Assembly (NCBI RefSeq): GCF_030684315.1
Contig: NC_081362.1
Span: 97,649,323-97,713,322 of the forward strand
Length of the DNA stretch: 64,000 bases
Reading direction: 5' to 3'
Source of the DNA: Stegostoma tigrinum
Taxonomy: Eukaryota
The number at the start of each line of letters is the position of its first letter. Within the stretch, counting starts at the first letter, position 1. The notes below the pieces were generated by a model. That model was given only the letters and a program-made list of their open reading frames with translations. It was not told the DNA's origin and ran no database searches. Made by a program: the position numbers and the translations under genes. This document shows, one piece after another, positions 12,650 through 24,484 of this stretch.

Positions 12650-14060
12650 CTTACCAATGAGAAATGGGCATCGCTGGCTGGGCCAGTATTTATTGCCTGC
12701 CCCTAGTTGCCCCTTGAGAAGGTCGGGGTGAGCTGCCTTCTTGAACCTATGCAGTCCATGTGCTATAGCCTGAGCCACAATGCCCTTAGGGAGGGAATTC
12801 CGGGGTGTTGACCCAGTGACAGTGAAGGAACGGTGATATATTCCCAAATCAGGATGGTGAGTGCCTTCGAGGGGAATTCACAGGGGGTGGTGTTCCCAAA
12901 CACCTGGTGCTCCTGCCCTTCTAGATGGAAGTGGTTGTGAGTTTGGAAGGTGCTGCCTGAGGATATTTGGTGAATTTCTGCAGGGCATCTTGTAGATAGT
13001 ACACACTGCTGCTACTGAGTGTCGGTGGTGGAGGGAGTGGGATGTTTGTGGATGTGGTGCCAGTCAAGTGGCTGCTTTGTCTTGGATGGTGTCAGCTTCT
13101 TGAGTGTTGTTGGGGCTGCCCCCATCCAGGCAAGTGGGGAGTGTTCCATCACACTCCTGACTTGTGCCTTGTAGATGGTGGGGCATGCTTTGGAGGGGAG
13201 ACAGGACGGGAGTTACTCACTGCAGTATTCCCAGCTTCTGACCTGCTCTTGTAGCCACTGTGCTTATGGAGTGAGTCCAATTGAGTTTCTCATCAAAGGT
13301 ACCACCCAGAATGTTGGGGATACAGCGATGGTAACATCATTGAATGTCAAGGGCCAGTGGTTAGATTCTCTCTTATTGGTGATGGTTATAGCCTGGCATT
13401 TGTGTGGCGTGAATGTCACTGAACACTTGTCAGCCCAAGCCTGGGTATTGTCCAGATCTCAGATACTGAAGCAGTCCAAGTTCAAATGCAACAAGGAGGT
13501 GTGAATTAGGCTGAACAGTGCATAATCTTCAGCAAACATCCCCACTTCTGACCTTATGAGGAAGAGAAGGTAATTGATGAAGCAGCTGAAGGTGGTTGGG
13601 GCCTAGGACACTATCCTGAGGAACACCTACATGGATGTCCTGGAGCTGAGATGATTGACCTCCCACAACCACAACCATCTCCCTATGTGTCAGGTCTGAC
13701 TCCAACCACCGAGAGATTACCCCCCGATACCCACTGATTCCAGTTTTGCCAGGGCTCCTTGATTCCACACTCAATCGAATACAGCCTTGATATCAAGGGC
13801 TGTCACTCTCACCTCACCCTCTGGAATTCAGCTCTTTTGTCCATGTTTGAACCGAGGCTGTAATGAGGTCAGGAGCTGAGTGGCCCTGGCGGAACCCAAA
13901 CTGGGCGTCACTGAGCAGGTTATTGCTGAGCAGGTGCTGCTCGATAGCTCTGTTACTGACACCTCCCATCACTTTACTGATGATCGAGTGGAGACTGATG
14001 GGCAGTAATTGGCCGGTTAGATTTGTCCTGCTTTTTGTGTACAGGATATACCTGGGCAAT
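12650..14060 (-). mobile_element. L2/CR1-superfamily LINE 3' part (related fragments at 8030-8360, 53110-53480, 59270-59560)
   Basis: LLSDAQFGFRQGHSAPD and GVPQDSVLGP RT motifs; 3' region shared with 54490-55130. Confidence 0.8.
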
Positions 14061-14074
14061 TACAAGATGATACC

Positions 14075-15160
14075 AGTCCCCCTCTGTCAATCCCATTCCT
14101 CTCTCTCTATCACATGTCTCTCTCTCTATCGCATTACCCTCAATCCCATTTCTCTCCCTCTAGCCCATTCCTGTCTCTCTATCCCATTCCTCTTTCTCTA
14201 TCCCATTCTTCTTTCTGTACCCCTTTCCCCTCTCTCTATCCCATTCCCATCTCCCTATCCCATTAACCCCCTCTCTATCTCATTCTTCTCTCTCTCTCTA
14301 TCCAGTTCTTCTCTCTCTCTATCCAGTTCTTCTCTCTATGCCATTCCACTCTCTGTCCCATTCCCCCTCTCTCTCTATCCCATTCCCCTCTCTCTATCCC
14401 ATTCGTCTTTCTCCACCCCATTCCTCTCTCTCTATCCATTCCCTTCACTCAATCCCATTACCGCCCCCCCCATCCTATTCTTCTCTCTCTCTATCCAATT
14501 CCTCTCTCTCTATACCATTCATCTCTCTCTGTCCCATTCTCCCCCTCTCTCTATCCCATTCCTCTTTCTCCATCCCATTTCTCTCTCTGTATCCCATTCT
14601 CCTCTCTCTATCCCATTATCCCCCTCTCTGCCCCATTCCTCTCTCTCTGTCCCATTCCTCTCTCTCTATCCATTCCCTTCACTCAATCCCATTACCACCC
14701 CCCCCCCATCCTATTCTTCTCTCTCTCTATCCAATCCCTCTCTCTCTATCCAACTCCTCTCTCTCTGTCCCATTCTCCCCCTCTCTCTATCCCATTCCTC
14801 TTTCTCCATCCCATTTCTCTCTCTGTATCCTTCTCCTCTCTCTATCCCATGACCCCCTCTCTCTGCCCCATTCCTCTCTCTCTGTCCCATTCCTCTCTCT
14901 CTATCCCATCCCCCCATCTCCATCTCATTTGCCTCTCTCTCTCCAATTCCCCTCTCTCTGTCCCATTTCCCTCTCTCTAACCCATTCCCCTCCCCCTGTC
15001 CCATTCCCCTCTCCCTATCCCATTCCCGTCTCTCTACCCCATTCCCCTCTCTCTATCCCATTCCCCTCTCTCTATCCCATTTCCCCTCTCTCTACCCAAT
15101 TACCCTCTCCCTACCCCATTCCCCTCTCTCTATCCCATTCCCCCTCTCCCTATCCCTCAC
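14075..15160. repeat. Pyrimidine-rich low-complexity repeat (tctctctatcccattc-like)
   Basis: Direct inspection. Confidence 0.92.
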
Positions 15161-16559
15161 TCCAGTTTTGCTGAAGCCTGCCTGAGATTATCAGGCCCAG
15201 CCTGTGGTTTGGAGTCAAGCTCAGAACGTTTGGTGTGGGGGTGTTTCTGACAGGGTATCTGCCGCTTTGGGGAGCAGAACCTCTCCTCCTGCCCATGGCC
15301 AGGATGAGTTCCCCAGCACCGTGTGCGAATTCCTGGCCTGAGGAGGGTGGTGCTGTTGGTGTGTGTGGGCTCCGAGCCTCAGGCTGGAGCTGACAGATCT
15401 TACCTTTCGCAGTGATCCTGTGACACAGCTCCCCGCTCCCCACGGCAGGAGCTGCCTTTCAGTGAATGGGGGGTGGATAACACTCAAAGCCGGTCACCAC
15501 CAACCACCCCACCATGACCCCCATCCTCCGTCACCACGAACCCCCAACACACCGACGCCCCACCCACCCACCCCAGCAACCAAAGCACCCACACCACACC
15601 CCACAAACCCCTACCCACCCCCTACCCTCCCCCGACTACGGCCCCCATACCCCCACCCCCCCAACTTCACTCCCCAACATGCCCCCAGCGCCCGCCCATC
15701 CCGAAGTTCACTCAAATCTGTTCTGAGCCTCACTCACCAACATCAATGAGGCTCCGATAGCCCCAGCCCTGCCTGACCACCTCAATTATCCCCCCTCCCC
15801 TCCACCCCCAGCCCCACCCTGGGTTTTATTCTGGGATCTCATTGTGTCAGGCTGTCATCATCTGGGAATGGCTTTCTTGTTAAATTCTTCCATTGATGCA
15901 GATTCCTCTGTCCTATCCTCAGTCACTCGAGATGATCCATATATTCACACAACAGTGTGACACTGCTGGAACTGAGTCAGTAATTTGCTTTAATGGAACA
16001 GTTAAACATCCCACAACACGAGCATCAGTCAGAAATTCCTTCAGAAACCAGCTGCATCAGTTTGCTTCACTCAATCAGGAAAGAGACAGCATGTCCGCAC
16101 TGAGGCCCAGCCTGGGCTCGTATACCATTCCGGGACTTGGTGGGCAGTGGGGCAATGCAGTGCAGTGGGGAAGTGGGGTAATTTATTTGCTCACTTTTTG
16201 GTTCAGAGCTTGTGGGGTTTCTTCCAAAGTCAGGATAAAGTGAAGCTGAGGATCAGGGTTCAGTAAAAACAGAGTGACATCACAGTAATTTGTAAGTTCA
16301 TTGGTTGGGAATTGCTGATAATTTGACCCACTATTGTCAGCTCCTTTCAGATCGAAGATAAATAGGGGAAATATTTATGGGGAATCCTAAAATAAACAGC
16401 AGGAAATTCTGAAAATAAAACCAAATTAAGAACAAAGACAATAAAACAGAGATGTGGGGCCAGGTGATGTGTTGTACCTGCAGGATGTGGGAGCTGCAGG
16501 AGAGACGAAGGAATTAACTACCATCACAGTCACAAGAGAAGTTGTGTTCCATAACCTGA

Positions 16560-17230
16560 TGGGGCGAGAGGCAGAGAATTCCCTGGCCGTGATGGTTTCC
16601 ATCCTAGAATCCCAAAAGAGGGAGCTACAGAGATAGTGGATGCATTGGTTGTAATTTTCCAAAGATCTTTAAATGGAAAACCAGCCAATGAGACAGCCTG
16701 ATTCAGGAAGGGCGGGAGGTGAAAAATGGGTAATTATAGGTCAAACAGCCTCACTCCTATTGCTGGTGAAATAATGGAATCAATTCTTAGGGAAGCAACA
16801 GCAGAACATTTGGAAAATCATAATCTAATCAAGCAGAGTCAGGGTGGCTTCACGAAAGGGACTGTGTTAGAGGTTTCCAAGGAATTGCTAAGCAGAGTGT
16901 ATAGACAGGAACCAGTCAATGAGTTGTAGCTGGATTTTCAGAAGGTGTTTACTGAGAAACCTCACCGAAAGTTAAGCCATAAGATAAGTTCCCACAGTGT
17001 GGGAGGGAGTATATGCTGCGGTTGGAGAACTGGGAGGAAACACTGAGTGGGGATGAAGGGATTCTTTTTCACGTTGGAGACGTGAGTTCCACAGGGATCA
17101 ATGCCAGGACCACAACTGTTTACAATTTCTATTCATGACTGGGAGGAAGGAGAGAGTACATTGTAGCTAACGTTGCAGATGGCACAAAAAGAGAAAGAAA
17201 GGTGGGTTGTGGGAGGGATGCAAACAGATA
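16560..17230 (+). mobile_element. Degenerate CR1 RT fragment
   Basis: GNYR..SLT..HLENHNLIKQSQGGF motif. Confidence 0.75.
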
Positions 17231-17239
17231 CTGAGGGAT

Positions 17240-17465
17240 AATAAAATGTGAGGCTGGATGAACACAGCAGGCCAAGCAGCATCTCAGGAGCGCAAAAGCT
17301 GATGTTTCGGGCCTAGACCCTTCATCAGAGAGCCTCTCTGATGAAGGGTCTAGGCCCGAAACGTCAGCTTTTGTGGTCCTGAGATGCTGCTTGGCCTGCT
17401 GTGTTCATCCAGCCTCACATTTTATTATCTTGGAATTCTCCAGCATCTGCAGTTTCCATTATCTC
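17240..17465. mobile_element. Palindromic Penelope-derived element with TSD and hammerhead-like cores on both strands
   Basis: Inverted arms of ~90 bp centred near 17332; cagatactgagggat on both flanks. Confidence 0.88.
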
Positions 17466-17712
17466 AGATACTGAGGGATGTTGGTATGTTCAATATGATC
17501 ATGGCTAAACCTATACCTCAGCACCATATCCATCCATAATCTACATAAACCAGTAGAAACTCAAAACCCAGCAATTTCAATCTGGAATTTCCTCAAAGAT
17601 TGAGTTTTCACAGCCTCTGGTGAAGAGAATTCCAAAGATTCAACCAAGAGGAATTTCCTCCTCATCTCAGTTCAAAAGGACTTGCCCCCTGTCCTGAGAC
17701 GGAGCTCCCTGG

Positions 17713-18351
17713 AAGGTCTGAGTGCCCAGTAATCTCAGTGACTGGAAGGGTCTGAGTACCCAGTAACATCAGGGTTTGGGAGAATCTGAGTGCCCAGTAA
17801 TCTCAGGGTCTGGGATGGCCTGAGTGCCCAGTGATCTCAGGGTCTGGGTGGGTCTGAGTACCCAGTAATCTCAGAGTCTGGGAGGCTCTGAGTACCCAGT
17901 AATCTCAGGGTCTGGGATGGTCTGAGTGCCCAGTAATCTCAGGGTCTGGGAGGGTCTGAGTGCCCAGTCATCTCAGCGTCTGGGTGGGTCTGAGTACCCA
18001 GTAATCTCAGGGTCTGGGAGGGTCTGAGTGCCCAGGAATATCAGGGTCTGGGAGCGTCTGAGTGCCCAGTAATCTCAGGGTCTGGGAGGGTCTGAGTGCC
18101 CAGTAATATCAGGGTCTGGGAGGGTCTGAGTGCCCAGTAACATCAGGGTCTGGGAGGGTCTGAGTGCCTAGTAATCTCAGGGTTTGGGATGGCCTGAGTG
18201 CCCAGTAATCTCAGGGTCTGGGAGGGTCTGAGTGCCCAGTAATCTCAGGGTCTGGGAGGGTCTGAGTGCCCAGTAATCTCAGGGTCTGGGAGGGTCTGAG
18301 TGCCCAGTAATCTTAGGGTCTGGGAGCGTCTGAGTGCCCAGTAATCTCAGG
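17713..18351 (+). repeat. 34-bp minisatellite (~19 copies), just 3' of the ITIM exon stop
   Basis: Unit gtctgagtgcccagtaatctcagggtctgggagg. Confidence 0.96.
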
Positions 18352-18454
18352 TTTAATAGGGTCTCAGTGCACCTCAATGCTGCTCAAAAATAGGGCAGGT
18401 TAGCTTTGAGAGAATCTGTTGCCTGCAGCAACAGCGATGGATACATCCAGGTGA

Positions 18455-18574
18455 CTATGTGTGTTTGACAACTGCATACTCCGAGTTTGTATCACTGACT
18501 GTGACCGTGGCCTGCTGGTGCTGAGTGACCTTTCCCATTTGTAGTTCAGCGTAATGCATCTCTCCGTCATCCTC
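18455..18574 (-). CDS. Terminal cytoplasmic exon with tandem ITIM-like motifs: EDDGEMHYAELQMGKVTQHQQATVTVSDTNSEYAVVKHT*
   Basis: Acceptor gatgttgcag| in phase 0. MHYAEL is ITIM-like; SEYAVV fits the SxYxxV ITIM and resembles an ITSM. The tyrosines are 25 residues apart; TAG at 18457-18455. Confidence 0.82.
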   Translation of the reverse strand, partial: EDDGEMHYAELQMGKVTQHQQATVTVSDTNSEYAVVKHT

Positions 18575-18659
18575 CTGCAACATCACACAAACATTGGGTC
18601 GTCAATCTCACTGGGATATTTCACTTGGGAAATGTGCCAAACTTCATTTTCATAGCATC

Positions 18660-18918
18660 CGTTTGGTGTGGAAGGAGACCATTCAGCCCACTGACACTGC
18701 ACTGACCTCAGCAAAGAATCCCACCCTGCCCCATAACTCCCATGGCCAATCCATCCTCACCTCCACACCTTCGTACTGTGGGAGGAAAGCGGTGCCCCCG
18801 GTGGAGACCCGTGCAGAATGGGCAAACTCCACACAGACAGTTGCATGCAGTGGAATCGAACCCAGATTTCGGGCTGTGAGGCAACAGAGCGAACCACTGA
18901 GCCACAGAGCCGCACTGA
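18660..18918 (-). mobile_element. Degenerate HE1-like V-SINE
   Basis: gtggctcagtgg A box, ggttcgattcc B box and V-domain similarity to 8797-9113. Confidence 0.78.
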
Positions 18919-19291
18919 GCCATTTTAAACAGCTATTATTGTGAGTATCCTTCTCAAGAATGGAATCTTGTTGCAATGACCGAAATACTTCCATCAAGTG
19001 AGAATCAGTGAATTACTACTATCTCAGAATGGTTCTTGTGTGTGAATAATCAGTTTGTTAATTATTAAAATAATGATCACTTCATATCCTCATCTTCATT
19101 TTTACTGCACGTTAATGGTTTCTGTAACTGCAGCTTTGTATTATCAGCTATCTGCACATATCAAACAGCTAATCGTTCTTCACTGCCATTACTGTCACTC
19201 TCACGTTACTGACTGTTTAAAAATAAATGAATTGAATCATTTCTGGAATTTAACCTGTCGCTGATATCCACATCTTGGTCCAGTCACTTAC

Positions 19292-19335
19292 CACAATAGG
19301 AGCCGCAGCTGGTGGATTGTGGGCTGGGGTTAGAC
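19292..19335 (-). CDS. Short cytoplasmic exon (G)LTPAHNPPAAAPIV
   Basis: Acceptor tgtcttttag| and donor GTG|gtaagt; 44 nt, phase 1 to 0, matching the phase-0 terminal exon. Confidence 0.7.
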
Positions 19336-22114
19336 CTAAAAGACAATGCAATGTCCCTCAGACACAGATCTCTTTGAGGTTGGAGCACATTAAACAACGC
19401 CAGAAACGGAAGATGCAGTCCTTTCAGGTACAGAGCTTCTTGGTGCCGCAGCAACATCAACGTTCTGTCTGTTGTATCTCTCAGGGCCCAGCAAACCAAT
19501 GCTCAGACAGTGTGACCAGTTAAAGTGAAATGTGGGAATTTCCTTTCTCTCGATACCTGCTACCTTTCACCCTCAGAAACCAGGATGTGCTTTAGGCTCT
19601 GAAGATACAAACAAAAAACAACGATAGGCCACTCTACCCTTTGAACCCTCTCCATCATTCAATGTGATCACAGCTGATTTTAAATCAGCTCTACATTTCT
19701 TCAGATCCCTGTTAATCTTTCAACCCAGGGTCATCAAAACTCTCCCTCCCTCAGTCTTAAAAATATTTAAAGATTCTGCATCCGCTGCATTTTGATGAAG
19801 TGAATTCCAAAGACTCTGAGAAATAAAACGTTTCAATTAAAACGAGTTCCCATGAAGAGTCACTGGACCCAAAATGTTAACTCTGTTTTGTTTCTCCACA
19901 GATGCTGCCTGACCTGCTGAGTTTCTCCAGCAATTTCTGTTGCTTCTGATTTCAAGCATCCCCAGTTCTTTGTCATTTATTTAGGTATATTAAAAATTTT
20001 CTTCACACTTCCCCATATTGTTTTCCATTTGCCAGGTCTCTGCCCTTTCTCCCCACTATCCATATCCCCCTGTAATCTCGCTGTATCCTCTTCACAACTC
20101 ACACTGCCCATATTCCCCTGGTTACTGCCCTCTGACAATCTGACAATCTATCTGCACACTGCACACTTCCCCCTGTTCCTCCCCTCGAGCAATCCCCCTG
20201 CCCCCTGCCCATTTCCCCCTGTTCCTTCCCTCGAGCAATCCCCCTGCCCCCTGCCCATCTCCCCCTGTTCCTCACCTCGAGCCATCCCTCTGCCTGGTAC
20301 CTGCTGTTCTCTGCCCAGTTCACTGCCTCGCTCCCACACAGGGACTCACTCCCTCAGGGCCCCGTCCCTGCTGACTCAGAACTGGAGTGGACTGGATATT
20401 GCATTTAGACACTGACCATGGGTTTTGTAAAATGAGCAGCTAAACCCATTGTGGAAATCTCCTGAAGCACTGGACAGGAAACCCAGACTGTGGAGCTCCC
20501 ATTTCCCAGTCGGTTCCTTATCTGGGCCTGGGATGATCCCAGGAAGAACAGGAATGTGCTGTGCCACTCTTCAATGAGCCGCATGAGTTTGTGGGAGCAA
20601 TCGTCAGACAAATTGGAGTGAATGGAGCTTGTCTCCCACACTGGGGAATCAGTTCCAGCTCTGAGGACTGGCAGGCACATGGGGGTGGAGCGGGAAGGTC
20701 AAATGAGGCTAAGTCTGATAAATCCCCTCAACCCATGGGATGTATCCCAGAATATTAAAGCAAGTAACTACAGACATAGTGGATGCACTGGGAGTAACCT
20801 TCCAGGAATCTTTGATTGCTGGAAAAGGCCCAGAGGATTGGAAAATTGCCAATGTCAGACTCTTATTTTGAAACGAGCAGAGATAGAGAACATGTCACTC
20901 CTGGCCGGTTAGCTTTGTGGAATGTGATAGTGTCGACATGGCGAAGTGGTTTTCCCCTGTGCGAGAGTCTCAGATGAGAGGGTGTCATCTCAGAAAGAGG
21001 GGGTGCATTTTAAGACAGAGACGAGGGGGAATTTCTTCTCACTGAGGGATGTGAATCTGTGGGATTCTGTAGATGGGGCTGTCGAGGCTGGGTAATCGAG
21101 GTGAGATAGATTTTTAATGGGGCAGGGAATCAATTGTCATGGGGAGCAAGTAGAAATGGAGTTGAGAATAATCAGATCAGCCATGATCTTATTGAAAGGC
21201 AGATCTGATACAAGGTGCTCAATGGCCTCCTCTTGGCATTGTGTTCACACACTCTCTGATGAGATTCATCAGCTATCGCCTTCAAAGTCTGGCACTGTTT
21301 CTCTACTGAGTAACTTATTTTCTCAGTTCACTTTAGCTGGTCTTATCGCCTTATAATAGCTGCTATTTAACTTTGAGAAAATAGCTTTAGATCCACACTT
21401 CTCCACCTCCAAATTGACATGAAATTGTATCAACTTATGATCAATTTTACTGAGAGGTCCATTTGCGATGCACATTGCCAGGTCTAAAGTATCTGATTAA
21501 TGTTAGAACATACTGCTCGAGGGAGTTATCCCAAAAAAACTCTCTCAATGAATCTTCCAAGCTGGATTTCCCAAGCTGATTCATCCAATCCTCATGAGAA
21601 TTAAAGGCTCCATTATACCTTCATTAATGCTCTTCCTGCAGTGTGATAACTGTTAGAGGCTAGACACGACAAACACAAATAACTCCTTATATTTTCTAAT
21701 TGTTACCTTTACCCATTTGGAATACATATCCACATGTAAAAACTACTTGGGAAAAACTACTGAACGTTGTGCTATTTGGAGATTCCCTGGATTGTAAAAG
21801 CTCTTGCCGTGTGATTTCTTGGAAATAATGAGAACAGTTTAATTTTTCCTGTGGATTACGTTTTTTTTTACTGGACAAAGAGTGAAGCAAATCTTTTAAG
21901 GAAATAAGAGATGGGGTTAAATACCTTAATTATTGGAAAAACCTGCCTAAAAAAACTGTGAAGATCCAATGGTTGGAGCCATACAGTAATACAGCATGGA
22001 AACGCACCCTCAGTCCATCCAGTCCATGCCAACTACCATCGCAAACTAAACTATCCCCACCTGACTGTGCTTGGCCTGTACTCCTCCAAAACATTGCTTA
22101 CCCATGCACTTAAG

Positions 22115-23110
22115 CCTCAGGGATCAGTGTTGGGACCTCAATTGTTTACAATTTACACATATGATTTGGAGTTGGGGACTAAGTGTGGTGTGTCAAAATT
22201 TGCAGGTGACACTGAGGTGAGTGGTAGAGCAAAGTGTGCAGAAGGCACTGAAAGTCTACAGGGGGATATAAATAGTCTAAGTGAGTGGGCAAAGGTCTGG
22301 CAGATGGAGTACAATATTGTTAAGTGTGAGGTCATCCAAAGACAACAGCAAAATGAACTATGTTTTAAATGGTAAAAAATTACAGTACGCTGCTGCGCAG
22401 AGACTTGGGTATCCTTGTGCTTGAATCGCTGAAAGGATTGCAGGTGCAGCAGGTTATTAAAAAGGCAAATGGAATTTTGTCTGCCACTGCTCGAGGGATG
22501 GAGTTTAAATACAGGGAGGCTGTGCTGCAGCTGTATAGGCTCCTGGTGAGGCCACACCTGGGGTACTGTGTGCAGTTTTGGTCTCCTTACTTGTGAAGAG
22601 ATATCCTAACCCTGGAGGGGCTGCAGAGGAGATTCACTTGGTTGATTCCAGAGTTGAGAGGGTTGGATTATGAGGAGAGACTGAGTAGACTGGGATTATA
22701 CTGATCGGAATTCAGAAGAATGAGGGGAGATCTTATAGAAACATATAAGATTATGAAGGGAATAGACAAGGTGGAAGCAGGGAGGTTGTTTCCGCTAGCA
22801 GGAGAAACTAGGACTAAAAGGCATCGCCTCAAAATAAAGGGAAGTAGCTGTAGGACTGAGGTCAGGAGGAACTTCTTCACCCAAAGGATTGTGAATCTGT
22901 AGAATTCCCTGCCCGATGAAGCAGTTGAAGCTACCTCACCGAATGTTTTTAAGGCAAGGATAGATAAATTTTTAAACAGTAAAGGAATTAAGGGTTATGG
23001 TGAGTGGGCGGGTAAGTGGAGCTGAGTCTCAAGAAGGTCAGCCATGATCTTATTAAATGGTGGGGCAGGCTCGAGGGGCCAGATGGCCTACTCCTGCTCA
23101 TCGTTCTTAT
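22115..23110 (+). mobile_element. CR1 LINE 3' fragment
   Basis: [22 protein letters not shown] and RGDLIETYKI motifs. Confidence 0.88.
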
Positions 23111-23139
23111 TGACATATGTTCTTTTGTTCTTATGTTAT

Positions 23140-23750
23140 CTGAATGTCTTTCAAACTTTGTAACTGTGCCTGCATCCCCCACTTCCACTGGCAGTTCATT
23201 CCACACATGAACCAGTCTCTGTGTAAAAATCTTGCACCTCAAGTCCTTTTTAAATCTTTGTCCTCTCACCTTAAACATATGCTCCTGGTCTGGAAATCCT
23301 CCACCCAAGGGAAATAGCATCTGCCATTCACCCTATCTGTAACCCTCATGATTTTATAAACCTCTATAAGGTCATCCCTCAAACTCCTACACTCCAGTGA
23401 GAAAGGTCCCAGCCTATCCAACCTTTCCTTCGAACACAAACCGCCCCCAGTCCCGGCAACAGCCATGTCAGTCACTTCCAAAACCTCTTCAATTTAATAA
23501 TGTCCTTCCTCTAATAAAGTGAACAGGACTGGACACAAAGCACCGGAAGAGGTCTCACCAATGTCTCGAACAACCTCTACATCTCTAATACTTCAAAGGT
23601 CTGACCAACGAAGGCAAATGTGCAAACCAGCTTCATACTCACACTGTCTACATGTGATGCAAACTTCAAAGAATTATGTACCTGAACCCCTAGGTCTCTC
23701 TGTTCCACAACACTACCCAAGGGCCTACTTTCAATTGTGTAAGTCCTGAT
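23140..23750 (-). mobile_element. Degenerate CR1 3' fragment
   Basis: [26 protein letters not shown] motif. Confidence 0.8.
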
Positions 23751-23923
23751 CATAAATCCTCACGGTTGTTTGGCAGCACTCTGAGAATTTCGTGCTCTGA
23801 TCTCCTTTCAGGAAAAGTGGGATGAGTGTTATCAGGCCTTCGTTGACCAGTGCAGATATGAGGAGCTAAAAGGTCTCTTTTTGTACTGTTAACATTGACG
23901 AGTCTATGACAGTTTCAATTTAC

Positions 23924-24059
23924 CTGCACTATCTTGATGTTTTGGTGAAGCATGCCGTTTGGTTTACATGGAGCAAAACGATGACAGCAATGGCCAGAAA
24001 CAGTAGGAGAATGAACAGACGGCCCAGGAAAATAGGGAATAAATCTGGATCCCAGGTTT
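23924..24059 (-). CDS. Transmembrane exon with intramembrane Arg (ETWDPDLFPIFLGRLFILLLFLAIAVIVLLHV...)
   Basis: Acceptor atattttacag|AA in phase 1, a ~22-residue hydrophobic stretch, and donor GCAG|gtaaat. As assembled it is 136 nt with TAG at 23931-23929. Confidence 0.85.
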
Positions 24060-24484
24060 CTGTAAAATATCAACAGGATTTCAACAGCTCATTAAAGGCA
24101 CATCAAGGATTCTAAGGAGGAGCATTCAGTAATTAGTGATGGACTACACAAAAAGACCCAACATCCAGATTCACTCACAAAATGGATAGGATCAAACTGC
24201 AAGAAAAGAAATGCATATTCTTGTGGAAATATTGATGACAGATCAGAGATTGGACAGAATTATTTTTTAAACAGAAAAGAAGGATGAAACATCAACAAAG
24301 ATGGAATCATTAGCAGATTAGAGAAAGCGAGCTTGAAATATCAAAGAAAATAATGAGAGTTCCTCAAGGCATTCTTTAAAGAAAAGAGTGAACAAATTGA
24401 GCTTTTGTCCAACAGAAAATGTGTCTCTGGAATCAAGAATGGAAAATGAGGAGATGGAGGATGAATTGACTAGGTATTTTAGGG

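Noticed and set aside
13863-15174. Long Leu/Ser/Pro-rich ORFs
   Set aside because: Low-complexity pyrimidine tract lacking stops.
15404-15455. 52-nt candidate exon with GTAAGA donor
   Set aside because: Lies beyond the terminal exon, has no recognisable product, and no partner exons were found.
17713-18351. CRISPR-like appearance of 34-bp and 44-bp arrays
   Set aside because: Head-to-tail units without unique spacers, no cas genes, vertebrate context.
20350-20660. 311-nt AG/GTGAGT-bounded segment of Ig-exon size
   Set aside because: Stops in every frame and no Ig motifs.
18455-24059. Calling the gene PDCD1, NCR3 (NKp30) or a SIRP
   Set aside because: Only architectural resemblance. The motifs differ from PD-1's xDYGEL/TEYATI, there are two V domains and no C1 domains, and orthology needs a search, so no symbol is given.
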